A stretch of DNA of 64,000 bases from Spirochaetia bacterium (lineage in GTDB: Bacteria; Spirochaetota; Spirochaetia; CADAEX01), in contig JAZURI010000005.1 in NCBI GenBank assembly GCA_045606105.1, positions 14,620 to 78,619 on the forward strand. Reading direction: 5' to 3'. Under the pieces are notes generated by a model. That model ran no database searches. It was not told where the DNA came from and saw only the letters and a program-made list of their open reading frames with translations. Of the stretch, positions 47,796 to 58,357 are shown piece by piece. A program made the position numbers and the translations under genes. Numbering within the stretch: position 1 is the first letter of the stretch; every line of letters starts with the position of its first letter.

Positions 47796-47930
47796 TCTTT
47801 AATTATATCACGCTTTTTCAGGTTTGTACAGTTGAGACTGTTTTCCCGGGTTTCAGGTATTTTTTTCCTTTTTCCAAATTTTTTTCCCACAGGTCCGAAT
47901 TATGTTGTATATTATAGGCAGGAGCTTTTA

Positions 47931-49253
47931 TTGCAGAATCTGAGACCGGCACAGATGCTTGGACAAAAACAGACTTTGGCACCTCAGATGATTCAACAGA
48001 TTAATCTGCTGGCAATGCCTGTACTTGAACTCCGGGAAAGGATACTGGAGGAGCTGGAGAACAACCCGGCTCTTACCGGCAGGTCCGATTCCTTTGATAT
48101 GCCTTTCAGTCAGGTTGCAAAGGAATTCAGAAACAAATTAAGGGAAGATGAAAACTCAAAACGTAAATTTCTGGAGGGGGCAGTCTCTTCGGATGATGAA
48201 TCATTGCAGGAATATCTTCTTTTCCAGCTCAGGGTACAGAAGCTTGATGAAAAGACTGCGGCGGCGGCAGAGCTCCTCATCCAGAACCTGGATGAAAACG
48301 GCTTCCATTGGGAAAACCCGTTCTTGGTATCGGGAGCTGATGAAGCGACCACACGGAAGGCCATGGATATAGTAAGGATGCTGGATCCTCAGGGAACATG
48401 TACCTCGGACTACAGGGAATCCCTGCTGGTTCAGGCACAGCTCAGCGGAAATGCTCCGAAAAAAACCGAAGAGGCAATAGAAAAGCATCTTGAGGACCTG
48501 GAAAAGGGACATCCGGGGAAAGCAGCCTCGGCATTGGGTATTTCCGTAAAGGAAATCGAGGAAATCTATTCCTTCATCAGAACCCTGAATCCGTTTCCGG
48601 GAAAAACAAAGTACAGGAAAGAGAACAACTTTGTCATACCGGACCTGCGCATCACCAGGGAAGAAAACTCCATCAGGATATATCTCAACAATGACAACAT
48701 CCCTTCCCTCTCCATTGATTCATATTTCAGGGAACAGGCAGAGAACAGCTCCGATCCGGAGGTTTCAAAATTTGCCGGAGAAAAGATAAGAGAAGCAAAA
48801 TCCTTTATCGGCATGGTAAAAATGAGAAACGACACCCTGCTCAGGACAGCGAACGTCATTGCAAGGCTGCAGAAGCCCTTTTTCATGGAGGGACCCCGGC
48901 ATCTTGTTCCTCTGACACAGAAAAAAATAGCGGAAGAGATTGAGATGGATGAATCCACCATATCCAGGCTGGTATCAGAAAAATATGTACAGACTGATTG
49001 GGGCGTTTTCCGGCTGAAGCATTTTTTCTCCTCTGCAGTACAGACCGAGAAGGCAGACGGAACCGAAGGGGAGCTGGCCAAGGAGAGCGTAAAGTTAATA
49101 ATAAAGGAAATTATAGAAGAAAACAGAACCGGGAAAAAGCTGTCGGATCAGAAGATTTCCGATATCCTCAGGGAAAGGGGAATAACGCTGGCCCGGAGAA
49201 CTGTGGCAAAATACAGAAAGGAGCTTGATATAGCTTCTTCCTTTGAACGATAA
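47931..49253 (+). CDS. rpoN: RNA polymerase sigma-54; likely start TTG 47931
   Basis: PQMIQQINLL..LEENP activator region, ESTISR, RpoN box ARRTVAKYR; AGGAG RBS before 47931. Confidence 0.95.
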   Translation: MQNLRPAQMLGQKQTLAPQMIQQINLLAMPVLELRERILEELENNPALTGRSDSFDMPFSQVAKEFRNKLREDENSKRKFLEGAVSSDDESLQEYLLFQLRVQKLDEKTAAAAELLIQNLDENGFHWENPFLVSGADEATTRKAMDIVRMLDPQGTCTSDYRESLLVQAQLSGNAPKKTEEAIEKHLEDLEKGHPGKAASALGISVKEIEEIYSFIRTLNPFPGKTKYRKENNFVIPDLRITREENSIRIYLNNDNIPSLSIDSYFREQAENSSDPEVSKFAGEKIREAKSFIGMVKMRNDTLLRTANVIARLQKPFFMEGPRHLVPLTQKKIAEEIEMDESTISRLVSEKYVQTDWGVFRLKHFFSSAVQTEKADGTEGELAKESVKLIIKEIIEENRTGKKLSDQKISDILRERGITLARRTVAKYRKELDIASSFER

Positions 49254-49269
49254 AAAACAGGAGGAATTT

Positions 49270-49560
49270 ATGAATTTTGAAATCAAAGGTATCCATTACG
49301 AAGTTTCCGAAAAGACAAGAGAACAGCTTGAAAAGAAATTCAAGAGAATGCAGACAGCAGAAGATACTCTCAACTCCCTTGTTATTTCTTTGGAAAGGGC
49401 AAACGGCTTGTATCATCTCAAGTGCAATATCGTATTCCGCTGGGGTGCAGACTGCTTCCTTGAAACAGAGGACGGCGATCTTTACGATGCAATTGACAAG
49501 CTTACAGAAAAGGTAAAGACAAAAATCGTGAAGGAAAAGGAAAAAATCCAGGATAAATAA
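49270..49560 (+). CDS. hpf: Ribosome hibernation promoting factor (sigma-54 modulation protein)
   Basis: MNFEIKG.H, DLYDAID; directly after rpoN; GGAGG RBS. Confidence 0.88.
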   Translation: MNFEIKGIHYEVSEKTREQLEKKFKRMQTAEDTLNSLVISLERANGLYHLKCNIVFRWGADCFLETEDGDLYDAIDKLTEKVKTKIVKEKEKIQDK

Positions 49561-49563
49561 AAA

Positions 49564-49595
49564 AGAAGGAGAGGGCTCAGGCTCTTTCCTTTTTC
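49564..49595 (+). terminator. Terminator after hpf
   Basis: AAGGAGAGGGC-TCAG-GCTCTTTCCTT followed by a T tract. Confidence 0.65.
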
Positions 49596-49622
49596 AGGTA
49601 TCCATATTATAATTCTGAAATC

Positions 49623-50612
49623 ATGAAGCAGTTCACCGTTCTTGATCTTCTGGATCTTGATTTAAAGGAAAACGAATCTCTTTCATTGAAGTGCGTTGCA
49701 GGACGTCAGGGTCTGGGTAAGGAAATAACCCAGCCGTATATTGACCGTCCCGGACTTGCCCTGGTGGGTTATTTTGAGCATTTTACCTTCAAGAGAATCC
49801 AGATATTCGGAATCAGGGAATGCTCCTTCATCGAGAAAATGGAAAAGGAAAAGAATCTGGAAAGTATAGAAAAGTTCTTTTCCTATCAGATGCCCTGCTG
49901 CATCTATACCACCGGGATGACACCGGGAAAAAAGATAAAGGAGCTGGCGGTCAAGGCAAACTGCCCTATTCTGGTCACTCCTCTCTCTACCACAGATCTC
50001 ACACAGCGCCTGAACAGAATTCTTGCCCACATGTTTGCTCCTAAAAAACTGGTCTACGGCGTACTTGTGGAGGTATATGGTATAGGTATATTGATACAGG
50101 GTAAAAGCGGCGTAGGTAAAAGCGAGACAGCTCTGGAGCTTATCGAGAGAGGACACCGCCTTATCGCCGATGATACGGTAGAAGTCCGGAATACCAGAGG
50201 AAACAGCCTTTCCGGAAGAGGACCGAACCAGCAGCTGGCCCACCATATGGAGATCAGAGGTCTGGGAATTATCAACATAACCCACCTTCACGGAGTAGGT
50301 GCCGTAAGGCATTCCAAGGAGATACAGCTGGTAGTAAACCTGGAGGAGTGGGACAACGACAAGGAATACAACCGCCTGGGAACCGATGAATTCACCACGG
50401 AAATCCTGGGAGTGCAGATTCCTACTCTTACAATCCCGGTAAAGCCGGGAAGAAACATTCCTATTATCATAGAAACAGCAGCCATGAACGAAAGACTGAA
50501 AAGCATGGGCTACTTTTCTGCGAAGGAATTCAACAGGAAAACAATACAGTGGCTTGAAGCTAAGAATATATCTTCATTCTACAACAACGAACACAGATAC
50601 AGTGAGGAGTAA
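49623..50612 (+). CDS. hprK: HPr(Ser) kinase/phosphorylase
   Basis: RPGLAL.GYF, GKSGVGKSETALELIERGHRLIADD, EIRGLGII, PGRN. Confidence 0.97.
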   Translation: MKQFTVLDLLDLDLKENESLSLKCVAGRQGLGKEITQPYIDRPGLALVGYFEHFTFKRIQIFGIRECSFIEKMEKEKNLESIEKFFSYQMPCCIYTTGMTPGKKIKELAVKANCPILVTPLSTTDLTQRLNRILAHMFAPKKLVYGVLVEVYGIGILIQGKSGVGKSETALELIERGHRLIADDTVEVRNTRGNSLSGRGPNQQLAHHMEIRGLGIINITHLHGVGAVRHSKEIQLVVNLEEWDNDKEYNRLGTDEFTTEILGVQIPTLTIPVKPGRNIPIIIETAAMNERLKSMGYFSAKEFNRKTIQWLEAKNISSFYNNEHRYSEE

Positions 50613-50614
50613 AC

Positions 50615-50881
50615 ATGGTTACCAAAACAGTAGTTATTGCGAACAGAGCCGGAATTCATGCAAGACCTGCCGCAATGATTGTCAAAGTCGCCAACAAGTT
50701 CAATTCGGAAATTACCCTTTCCAAGGATGACGACGAGGTAAATGCCAAATCAATCATGGGAATCATAACCCTGGCCGCAACCTACAGGACAGAGCTTGTT
50801 CTCAAAGCCTCGGGAACCGACGAGGAAGAGGCTGCCGAAGCTCTCTGCAAGGTCTTTGAAAACAAGTTCGAAGAAGAATAA
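50615..50881 (+). CDS. ptsH: Phosphocarrier protein HPr
   Basis: GIHARPA, NAKSIMG. Confidence 0.96.
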   Translation: MVTKTVVIANRAGIHARPAAMIVKVANKFNSEITLSKDDDEVNAKSIMGIITLAATYRTELVLKASGTDEEEAAEALCKVFENKFEEE

Positions 50882-50884
50882 TTC

Positions 50885-51481
50885 ATGAAAGAGCTGACTC
50901 CCAGGCAGGCAGAAATACTTGCCTTCATCAAGAGCTACAGGGCAGAACATGCCTACTCTCCGTCAAACCGCGATATAGCCGCCCACTTCGGCATGTCGGT
51001 AAGGGGAGCCTACGACCATGTGAGAGCCCTGTGCAAAAAGGGATACATTTCTGCCGATAACAGAAGATCCCGTTCCATAAGCATCCCGGAGGAGGTCAGC
51101 TCGATAATAAAGATTCCTGTAGTGGGAAACGTGGCTGCAGGTATACCTCTCCTTTCGGAGGAGAACCTGGAAGGGTACATCAATGTTCCCGAAAGCTATG
51201 TGGGCAGAGGCATTTACTTTGCCCTCCGCGTCAAGGGAGACAGCATGAAGGATGCCGGAATACTGGACGGAGATACCGCTATCCTTATCAAACAGGAAAC
51301 TGCAGAAAACGGCAATATTGTAGTAGCCCTTCTGAATAACGAAGCAATTACACTTAAACGGTTTTTCCTTGAAAAGAACAGAGTAAGGCTGCAGTCCGAA
51401 AACCCGGCCTATTCCCCTATCTATGCCCGCAATATCAAGATTGTAGGCAAGCTGGTTCATATCGTGAGAAGCTATGATTAA
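50885..51481 (+). CDS. lexA: SOS repressor LexA
   Basis: LTPRQ.EIL, G.VAAG cleavage site, GDSM, TLKR. Confidence 0.94.
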   Translation: MKELTPRQAEILAFIKSYRAEHAYSPSNRDIAAHFGMSVRGAYDHVRALCKKGYISADNRRSRSISIPEEVSSIIKIPVVGNVAAGIPLLSEENLEGYINVPESYVGRGIYFALRVKGDSMKDAGILDGDTAILIKQETAENGNIVVALLNNEAITLKRFFLEKNRVRLQSENPAYSPIYARNIKIVGKLVHIVRSYD

Positions 51482-52445
51482 AGCCGGATATCTGCTCCTG
51501 GGTCCTGAACTGGGAGAAAAAAAACAGTTTATTGATGATCTCACAGGACAGATACGGAAGCAGTACGGCGATTCCGCAGAGGAATACAGCTATTATCCCT
51601 ATGACATCCAGATGCCTCAGATTATCAGCATTGCCGAAAGCATATCCATGTTCTCATCCTTCAAGATAATTATAATCAACGATGTGTGTGAGCTGAAAAA
51701 GAAGGATACAGACCTTCTGGCAGGATATTTTGCAAGCCCGGCTCCCGATACCGTATTTATTCTTACTGACGAGGGGATGAAGGTTGATGCAAAGCTGAAA
51801 AAGGCAGTCCCGGAGGAAAAGATATTCTGGGAGCTGAAAGAGGGACAGATACGGAGCTATGTGGAAAATTATTTCCGCCGCCGGAGAATTCCTATCGACA
51901 GCGAAGCTGCCGCTTTCATTGCCGGCAACTGTGAAGCCAATACCCTGGCAGCAAAGAACGAATGCGACAAGCTGGCAGTCTATTTTCAGGGAAAGGACTG
52001 CATAACCCTGGAGGCCATAGAAGACTTCCTTTTCTACAGCAAGGAGGAGAGTGTATTCACCCTTTTCGACTACATTCTTACCGGCAACATGGAGCGGGCC
52101 ATGGAGGGGGCGAAGCAGCTGATGCTTTCCGGAGACGGTGCACCGATACAGCTTCTCGGGGGACTTATCTGGCAGTTCCGCAGATTCCGTGACTTCAGGC
52201 TTATGACCGAGGAATACGGCAGCATGCAGGAGGCCTTTACAGCCTGCGGCGTCAGGACAAAGAAGGGACAGGGGACCTACAGTGCCGGATCAAGGAACTA
52301 TACCGCAGAGGACTTGGAAAGAATACTGTCCCTGTGTGCCTTTTACGACGAACTGTTCCGAAGCATCCGTACCGAAATGCAGGAATCCTATTTTCTTATT
52401 TTCCTTTACGAGGTGATGGTGAAGAAGGGGCGCCGTCATTCCTGA
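51474..52445 (+). CDS. holA: DNA polymerase III delta subunit
   Basis: YLLLGPE, SMFS, NECDKL, VFTLFD. Confidence 0.85.
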   Translation: MIKAGYLLLGPELGEKKQFIDDLTGQIRKQYGDSAEEYSYYPYDIQMPQIISIAESISMFSSFKIIIINDVCELKKKDTDLLAGYFASPAPDTVFILTDEGMKVDAKLKKAVPEEKIFWELKEGQIRSYVENYFRRRRIPIDSEAAAFIAGNCEANTLAAKNECDKLAVYFQGKDCITLEAIEDFLFYSKEESVFTLFDYILTGNMERAMEGAKQLMLSGDGAPIQLLGGLIWQFRRFRDFRLMTEEYGSMQEAFTACGVRTKKGQGTYSAGSRNYTAEDLERILSLCAFYDELFRSIRTEMQESYFLIFLYEVMVKKGRRHS

Positions 52446-54237
52446 GATATTCAAGACAACCCTCCGCCGCCTCTGCAGAGAGTCCCGATGCCTCCGAAAT
52501 TTCGTAAACTGAGGCTTTTTTTATATTTTCCACACTTCCGAATGCATCCATAAGCTTTCTGCTTCTGACCTTTCCTATTCCGGGAATTTTTTCCAGAACA
52601 TTGAAGGAATAATCCTTCTCCTTCAGCTGTGTCCTGAATCGGTTTGCAAAACGATGGGATTCATCCCTGACATTCTGCAGAATCTTAAGAGCCTCGGAGG
52701 TTTCCGGAAGAATAACAGGATCTTTTCTTCCCGGGAGAAATATTTCCTCATTCCGTTCCGCCAGCCCGGCAACAGGAATATGATCCATATCCAGTGCCTT
52801 CAGTATACCCATTGCGGCATTGAGCTGCCCCTTGCCACCGTCCACCAGAATCAGATCCGGCTCAGGAAGCTCATCGTTCTGCACCCTGGAATACCGTCGG
52901 GCTATTACCTCCTTCATGGAGCGGTAATCATCTATATCCCCCTCCGCCAGAGACTTTATATGAAAGGTTCTGTACTGGGACTTGTCCGGCTTGCCGTTGA
53001 AAAATGAGACAAGGGAAGCCACTGTCTTGGTTCCGCCGAGATGGGAGATATCAAAACCCTCAATCCTCTTCGGAGGGGCAGGCAGCTCAAGAGCTTGCTG
53101 GAGCTCCAGAAGGGAATCCTGCTTGTTCACGGCACGGTTTTTCCTGTAAAGCTCCATACGGCAGTTTTCCGATGCCATCTTTATTATGGATGCATCCTTT
53201 TCCGTTTCGGGAAGGGAAACAGGAATATCGGGAAAATCCGATTCCTTGAAAAAACGGCTGAGATACTCTGTTTCCGGCATTATGTTGGTAACCACCGACT
53301 TTGGAAGACTTGCCATTCCCTGGGAAAGCTCCCCGAAGGCTGAGTAGTACTGGATAAAGAACTGGGTTGCGGCATCCTTTGCATCGGGAATGGAAAACAC
53401 GTGAGCAGCCTTGCCTGCCAGCTTTCCGTCCCTCATCTGGAGCACCACGAAGGCGGTAAACTCACCGTCGCTTTCCGAAGCTATGTAATCCCGGCTGGTG
53501 CTTATGAAATTCTGTACCTTCTGCTCGGTAACCAGCTCATTCACCGCATTGATGAAATCCCGGCATTTTGCCGCATTCTCAAAATCAAGCTTCCCGGAAT
53601 ACTCCTTCATCTGTGAAGTCAGTTCAGATACCAGCTTTCCGGTATTGCCTGAAAGAAGGGCCTTTACCCTCCGTATGTAGGTGCTGTACTCCTTTTTGTC
53701 GGCCAGACCGCAGCATGGGGCTGTACAGCTTCCGATATGATAATAGAGGCACGGTGTTTTTCTCGGTTTGAGAAAGCCTCTGCATTTTCTGAGGGGAAAT
53801 CTTTTCTTTATAAGCTCCAGATACCGGTCCAGAACCTCGATTCCGGGAAAAGGGCCGTAATAGGAGGCTCTTTCATCATTTATATATCTGGTTTTTGTGA
53901 CGGAAGGAAATTCCTCCCTGGTAATCTTTATTACAGGAAAGGTTTTTCCATCCTTGAGATCGATATTGTACCGTGGCTTCCATTTCTTTATCAGGTTGTT
54001 TTCAAGAATGAGGGCCTCGTATTCGGTTTCGGTGATTATATATTCGATATCCTCAATCCTGCTGACCAGATGGGTGGTCTTGATATCCTTGTTTCCGGTG
54101 AAGTATGAGGAGACCCTTTTATAAAGATTCTTTGCCTTGCCGATATAGATGATCTTTCCGCCGTTCTTCATCAGATAAACGCCGGGGGACTGAGGTGCAT
54201 ATTCCAGAAAAGAGACTCTTTTAACCTTGCTCTGCAT
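52396..54237 (-). CDS. uvrC: Excinuclease ABC subunit C
   Basis: PGVYLM, IYIGKAKNL..RVSSYF, RIEGFDISH, LVDGGKGQL, RDESHRFA, HhH. Confidence 0.97.
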   Translation of the reverse strand: MQSKVKRVSFLEYAPQSPGVYLMKNGGKIIYIGKAKNLYKRVSSYFTGNKDIKTTHLVSRIEDIEYIITETEYEALILENNLIKKWKPRYNIDLKDGKTFPVIKITREEFPSVTKTRYINDERASYYGPFPGIEVLDRYLELIKKRFPLRKCRGFLKPRKTPCLYYHIGSCTAPCCGLADKKEYSTYIRRVKALLSGNTGKLVSELTSQMKEYSGKLDFENAAKCRDFINAVNELVTEQKVQNFISTSRDYIASESDGEFTAFVVLQMRDGKLAGKAAHVFSIPDAKDAATQFFIQYYSAFGELSQGMASLPKSVVTNIMPETEYLSRFFKESDFPDIPVSLPETEKDASIIKMASENCRMELYRKNRAVNKQDSLLELQQALELPAPPKRIEGFDISHLGGTKTVASLVSFFNGKPDKSQYRTFHIKSLAEGDIDDYRSMKEVIARRYSRVQNDELPEPDLILVDGGKGQLNAAMGILKALDMDHIPVAGLAERNEEIFLPGRKDPVILPETSEALKILQNVRDESHRFANRFRTQLKEKDYSFNVLEKIPGIGKVRSRKLMDAFGSVENIKKASVYEISEASGLSAEAAEGCLEYLRNDGAPSSPSPRKGK

Positions 54238-55552
54238 AGCTTCCGTACGCTTCCATATATGCCTTGTGGATTTCCTCCCTTGGCTCGTATTCCCGGACTA
54301 TCCGGACCAGACTGACGGCAGCCTCCTCCAGGGAGTCAAAATATCCAAGCCCCTTGAATGCGGCACAGGCACAGCCGGCCAGCTCTCCGTCTGCAATTTC
54401 GGGAACCAGAATCCTTTTTCCGGTCATGTCTGCCTTCATCCTGTTCCACAGATGGTTTCTCACCTGGCCGCCGGAGCAGCGGAGAGCATCTATGACAAAA
54501 CCGCAGGCTTCAAGCTGCTGCACCAGGCTGAGGACGGCAAAGCCTATGGACTTTACTACTCCGCAGCCGGCTGCAGACGGGTCCCGCCCTGCGGCAAATC
54601 TTTCAAATTCCTCTTTTGGAAATTCCCTGGCTATCCCCTGTCTGCCTGCAGGATGAAAATAAAGCTTTTCCTGAGGCCTCATGGCCGAGTCTATCTTTTC
54701 CATTATTTCTGCATAGCTTTTTCCTGTCAGGCCGAAATGCTGCCTGTACCATTCAAATACCAGACCGCTGGAGGCCAGCAGGGCAGAGACATTATCGCAG
54801 CCGGCTGCCACATGGGGCATGGTCCTGAAGCCCGGAAATTCCTTTCCGTCAAGACAGCAGCAGTTTATTCCCTCCGAGGTGCCGGCCCTGTCGCAGACCT
54901 GCCCCACCTTTACCGTGGCGGTTCCCAGGATAGCCATGAGAAAATCGCTGCCTCCCGAATATACCGGGATTCCTTTCCTGAGACCGAAATCCGCTGCCCC
55001 CTTTTCAGAGACATATCCTATAAGAGAGCCGGTTTTTACCGTTTGAGGAAACAGCTCCGGATCCAGGCCAGCAGCAGTTATATCCTTTTTGCTCCAGAAA
55101 AACGGAACAAAACGGTCTGAAACCACGGAAACCGAGTTTTCACCCGTAAGAAGCCGGTTAAAGAAGCCGTCAACGGTGAGAAAGCAGCCGGTATTCTCGT
55201 ACTCCTTCCTTTTATTTTCGTAAATCCATCTGATTTTCGGGAGGTAAAGGGATCTGCAGCCCACAGGAACAGTCTCCCTGCTTTCGTACCATAGGTGTGG
55301 TATACCTATACTGCCGTCCCTCATGATAGGCACCACGGTGGGTCCGTTGCCGCTTACGGCTATGGCTGAGATAAAAAAAGTGCTGTCCATGGAACTGATC
55401 AGCTCCTTAAGAGCCTTCTGCCAGACAGCACCGTCGGTTTTTATATTGCTGTAAAAGATTCTTCCGAAGGATACCGGCTTTCCCTCCGAGGAGATTACTG
55501 CCCCCTTGAGGGAGGATGTACCGATATCTATACAGAGAACATGGGAATCCAT
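54221..55552 (-). CDS. FGGY family carbohydrate kinase (xylulokinase-like); likely start 55552
   Basis: IDIGTSSLK, GGSD, AGTS, SGG...W..MKAD.TG. Confidence 0.85.
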   Translation of the reverse strand: MDSHVLCIDIGTSSLKGAVISSEGKPVSFGRIFYSNIKTDGAVWQKALKELISSMDSTFFISAIAVSGNGPTVVPIMRDGSIGIPHLWYESRETVPVGCRSLYLPKIRWIYENKRKEYENTGCFLTVDGFFNRLLTGENSVSVVSDRFVPFFWSKKDITAAGLDPELFPQTVKTGSLIGYVSEKGAADFGLRKGIPVYSGGSDFLMAILGTATVKVGQVCDRAGTSEGINCCCLDGKEFPGFRTMPHVAAGCDNVSALLASSGLVFEWYRQHFGLTGKSYAEIMEKIDSAMRPQEKLYFHPAGRQGIAREFPKEEFERFAAGRDPSAAGCGVVKSIGFAVLSLVQQLEACGFVIDALRCSGGQVRNHLWNRMKADMTGKRILVPEIADGELAGCACAAFKGLGYFDSLEEAAVSLVRIVREYEPREEIHKAYMEAYGSYAEQG

Positions 55553-55562
55553 CTGTCCCGAA

Positions 55563-56801
55563 TCACTTCTTTTTCTGGACAAGCTGCTGAATGATTCTCC
55601 TGTTGTCAATGATTGGTGTAAGAGGTCTGTTCTGATGGAGTCTTGCAATGATTCTTGCGAAGAGGTCAGAAATACTTGCACTTACATACCATTCCTTGCC
55701 GAGAAGGTTTTCCTCATGGTAAACAGCGTTTGTTCCGATAAGCTTTGTGAAATAACCCTGTTTATATGCTTCGTCGAAGTTCTCGATGGCGTTTCCGGTG
55801 AAAAGAGGAAGGCTGATTGCACAGATGATCTTTTCAGCTCCCTGCTCCTTGAGATGCTTCATTGCCTCGATAAGTGTTCCTCCGGTTCCCAGCATGTCGT
55901 CTGCCATGAAGACTGTCTTTCCCTTTACGTTTCCCAGCAGCTTCATTGAAACGATGTTTGTGGATTTTGCATCTCCGGTAACCTTTGAATAGTCTCTTTC
56001 CTTGTAGATAAGGGCAAGCGGCTTGTTAAGGTTGCCTGCATAGAACTTGTTCCTGTCCACGGCCCCTGTATCAGGAGATACGATAACCAGGTCCTCCTTC
56101 TCGAGATCGATAAGCTTTCCCAGCTCCTTGAGAATCTGATATGATCCGTGGAGGTTCTCCATCCTGAGTCTGTTGAAGCTGTTTTCGATTTCCTTGGAGT
56201 GGATATCAAGTGTGATGATCTTCTTTACACCCATATACTCCAGCATTCTTCCTACCAGTGATGCTGTGAGGGCTTCTCTTCCTTTTCTCTTATGCTGACG
56301 TGAGAAAGGATAAACCGGTACTACTACGTTTACGGAGCGGGCTCCTGACTGCATTACCGCGTCGATGGTTGTAAGAAGGATAAATACATGGTCGGCAACT
56401 GAAAGCACATATTTTTTTCCGTCACCGTTTATATCGATAGGATAGTGGTTTTCCACATCCTGAACAATAAACACATCCATACCCCGGACTGTGGCAGTGA
56501 TTTCCATCTTGAACTCGCCGTTGGCGAATCTTGTACATTTTGAAGGAATTTTGAATTCGGGACATTTATAGCTATGGATATTCTTTGTGGCACTTACGTC
56601 CGGTTCGAGAATGTCTGAATTAAGATTGAGTCTTGCTTCAGCCTCCTCCCTTGTCATTCCATAAGTTCTGGCGATAAGATCAACCTTTCTATTGTGCTTC
56701 AAGGTGTAGTTTCTCTTAAGGTAAGCTACTATGTTATCACAGAACCTTTCTCCACCCGGGCATGATACGATACCCAGATTTACTACTTTTGAAAAATTCA
56801 T
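55563..56801 (-). CDS. prs: Ribose-phosphate diphosphokinase
   Basis: RFANGE, SRQH, LDIHS, VSPDTG, DDMLGTGGT. Confidence 0.93.
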   Translation of the reverse strand: MNFSKVVNLGIVSCPGGERFCDNIVAYLKRNYTLKHNRKVDLIARTYGMTREEAEARLNLNSDILEPDVSATKNIHSYKCPEFKIPSKCTRFANGEFKMEITATVRGMDVFIVQDVENHYPIDINGDGKKYVLSVADHVFILLTTIDAVMQSGARSVNVVVPVYPFSRQHKRKGREALTASLVGRMLEYMGVKKIITLDIHSKEIENSFNRLRMENLHGSYQILKELGKLIDLEKEDLVIVSPDTGAVDRNKFYAGNLNKPLALIYKERDYSKVTGDAKSTNIVSMKLLGNVKGKTVFMADDMLGTGGTLIEAMKHLKEQGAEKIICAISLPLFTGNAIENFDEAYKQGYFTKLIGTNAVYHEENLLGKEWYVSASISDLFARIIARLHQNRPLTPIIDNRRIIQQLVQKKK

Positions 56802-56864
56802 TTTCTATCCCTTATATTTTTTCTTTAAGAATATCACGGCTTCCAAGGAAATACAATCTTAAAA

Positions 56865-57638
56865 TTAATATTTGCTCAGAAAAGCCTTGGTTCTCTCGTT
56901 TTTCGGATCGGAGATAAGGCTGCAGGCTTCCCCTTCCTCTACTACCAGACCTCTGTCGGTAAAGAGAATACGGTCTGCAAGGTCCCTGGCAAAGGCCATC
57001 TCGTGGGTAACCACTATCATGGTCATCTTCTCGTCCGCAAGAGCCCTGATTACCTTGAGGATTTCTCCGGTAAGCTCAGGATCGAGAGCACTGGTAGGCT
57101 CATCGAAGCACAGAAGCTCCGGTCTGAGAGCAAGAGCCCTGGCTATGGAAACTCTCTGCTGCTGGCCGCCCGAAAGCTGACACGGATAGTAGAGGGCCTT
57201 TTCTTCCAGTCCCACCTTTTTCAGAAGCTCCATGGCTGTGTGCTCCGCCTCGGAGGCTGAAATACCCAGAACCACCCTCTGGGCCTCGGTAATGTTTCTC
57301 AGTACGTTGAAATGAGGGAACAGGTTAAAGTTCTGAAACACCATTCCTACATGAAGCATGATTTTTCTGCGGGTATCGGAATCGGCATAAACCGGGTTTC
57401 CGTTCCTGTCCAGCCCGGATACCAGAGTATCGCCGCATATCTCGATGGTGCCCGAAGAAACTGTCTCCAGCTGGGTCAGACATCTGAGAATGGTTGATTT
57501 TCCCGATCCAGAAGGACCGATAATTCCCAAAACCTCCCCTTTCTTCACGTTGAAGGAAATATCTTTCAGAACATCAAGTGTTGTTCCGCTCGGATTTTTA
57601 AATTTTTTTGTTATGTTCTTTACAGAAATAATGTCCAT
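56865..57638 (-). CDS. Polar amino acid ABC transporter ATP-binding protein; likely start 57638
   Basis: GPSGSGKST, FQNFNLFPH, LSGGQQQR, DEPTSALDPEL. Confidence 0.93.
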   Translation of the reverse strand: MDIISVKNITKKFKNPSGTTLDVLKDISFNVKKGEVLGIIGPSGSGKSTILRCLTQLETVSSGTIEICGDTLVSGLDRNGNPVYADSDTRRKIMLHVGMVFQNFNLFPHFNVLRNITEAQRVVLGISASEAEHTAMELLKKVGLEEKALYYPCQLSGGQQQRVSIARALALRPELLCFDEPTSALDPELTGEILKVIRALADEKMTMIVVTHEMAFARDLADRILFTDRGLVVEEGEACSLISDPKNERTKAFLSKY

Positions 57639-57648
57639 GGCCTGCCCC

Positions 57649-58284
57649 TTACCTGTAATAGCTGAGCTTTTTCTCAAGCCTGCTGAAGATTTCCGATACT
57701 ATCCAGTTCATTACCAGATAGAAAACGCCGGCCACAAAAATCGGCATGGTGGAGAATTCGCGGCTGGATACATTCTGCGCCACCCTGAAAAGCTCGGCAA
57801 CACCGATGGTCTGTGCAAGGGCTGTATCCTTTACCAGCGTGATGACCTCGTTTCCCATGGCAGGAATGATCCGCTTGATAACCTGAGGAAGAACTATCCT
57901 GAAAAAGGTGTGCTGCCTGCTGAAGCCCAGAACCTTGGCCGCCTCATACTGTCCCACGGGAATAGATTCGATTCCTCCGCGGTAGATTTCGGCGAAGTAG
58001 GCTGCATAGTTGATGGCAAATGCTATGATTGCAGCGGCAAAGCGGTCATAGGACAGCTTGAAAAGATAATATGGGGCAAAATAGATGAAGATAAGCTGAA
58101 GGATAAGGGGAGTACCTCTGATTATGATCAGAAAGAACCTGATCGGAATACTTATAAGCTTGCATTTGGACATTCTTCCTGCTGCAATCACAAGTCCCAA
58201 AGGGAGGGAAAACAGCAATGTCAGAAAGAAAACCTGAAGAGATACAAGGGTTCCGCCCATCATGGCCGACAGCATTTTATCCAT
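57649..58284 (-). CDS. Polar amino acid ABC transporter permease
   Basis: RGTPL, AYFAEIYRGGI, GQYEAA..LG, LVKDTAL. Confidence 0.93.
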   Translation of the reverse strand: MDKMLSAMMGGTLVSLQVFFLTLLFSLPLGLVIAAGRMSKCKLISIPIRFFLIIIRGTPLILQLIFIYFAPYYLFKLSYDRFAAAIIAFAINYAAYFAEIYRGGIESIPVGQYEAAKVLGFSRQHTFFRIVLPQVIKRIIPAMGNEVITLVKDTALAQTIGVAELFRVAQNVSSREFSTMPIFVAGVFYLVMNWIVSEIFSRLEKKLSYYR

Positions 58285-58298
58285 TTTTACCTCTGATT

Positions 58299-58336
58299 AA
58301 AAAAAACGCAGCTACTGGATAAAACCGGCTGCTGCG
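58299..58336 (-). terminator. Intra-operon hairpin/terminator after the binding-protein gene
   Basis: CGCAGC..GCTGCG stem followed by T8 on the minus strand. Confidence 0.65.
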
Positions 58337-58357
58337 CTTGATTTGTCTTTACGGAAA

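Noticed and set aside
47085-47930. 282-aa N-terminal extension of RpoN in the ORF track
   Set aside because: Mostly antisense to thyA; a good RBS and TTG at 47931 give a normal-length sigma-54
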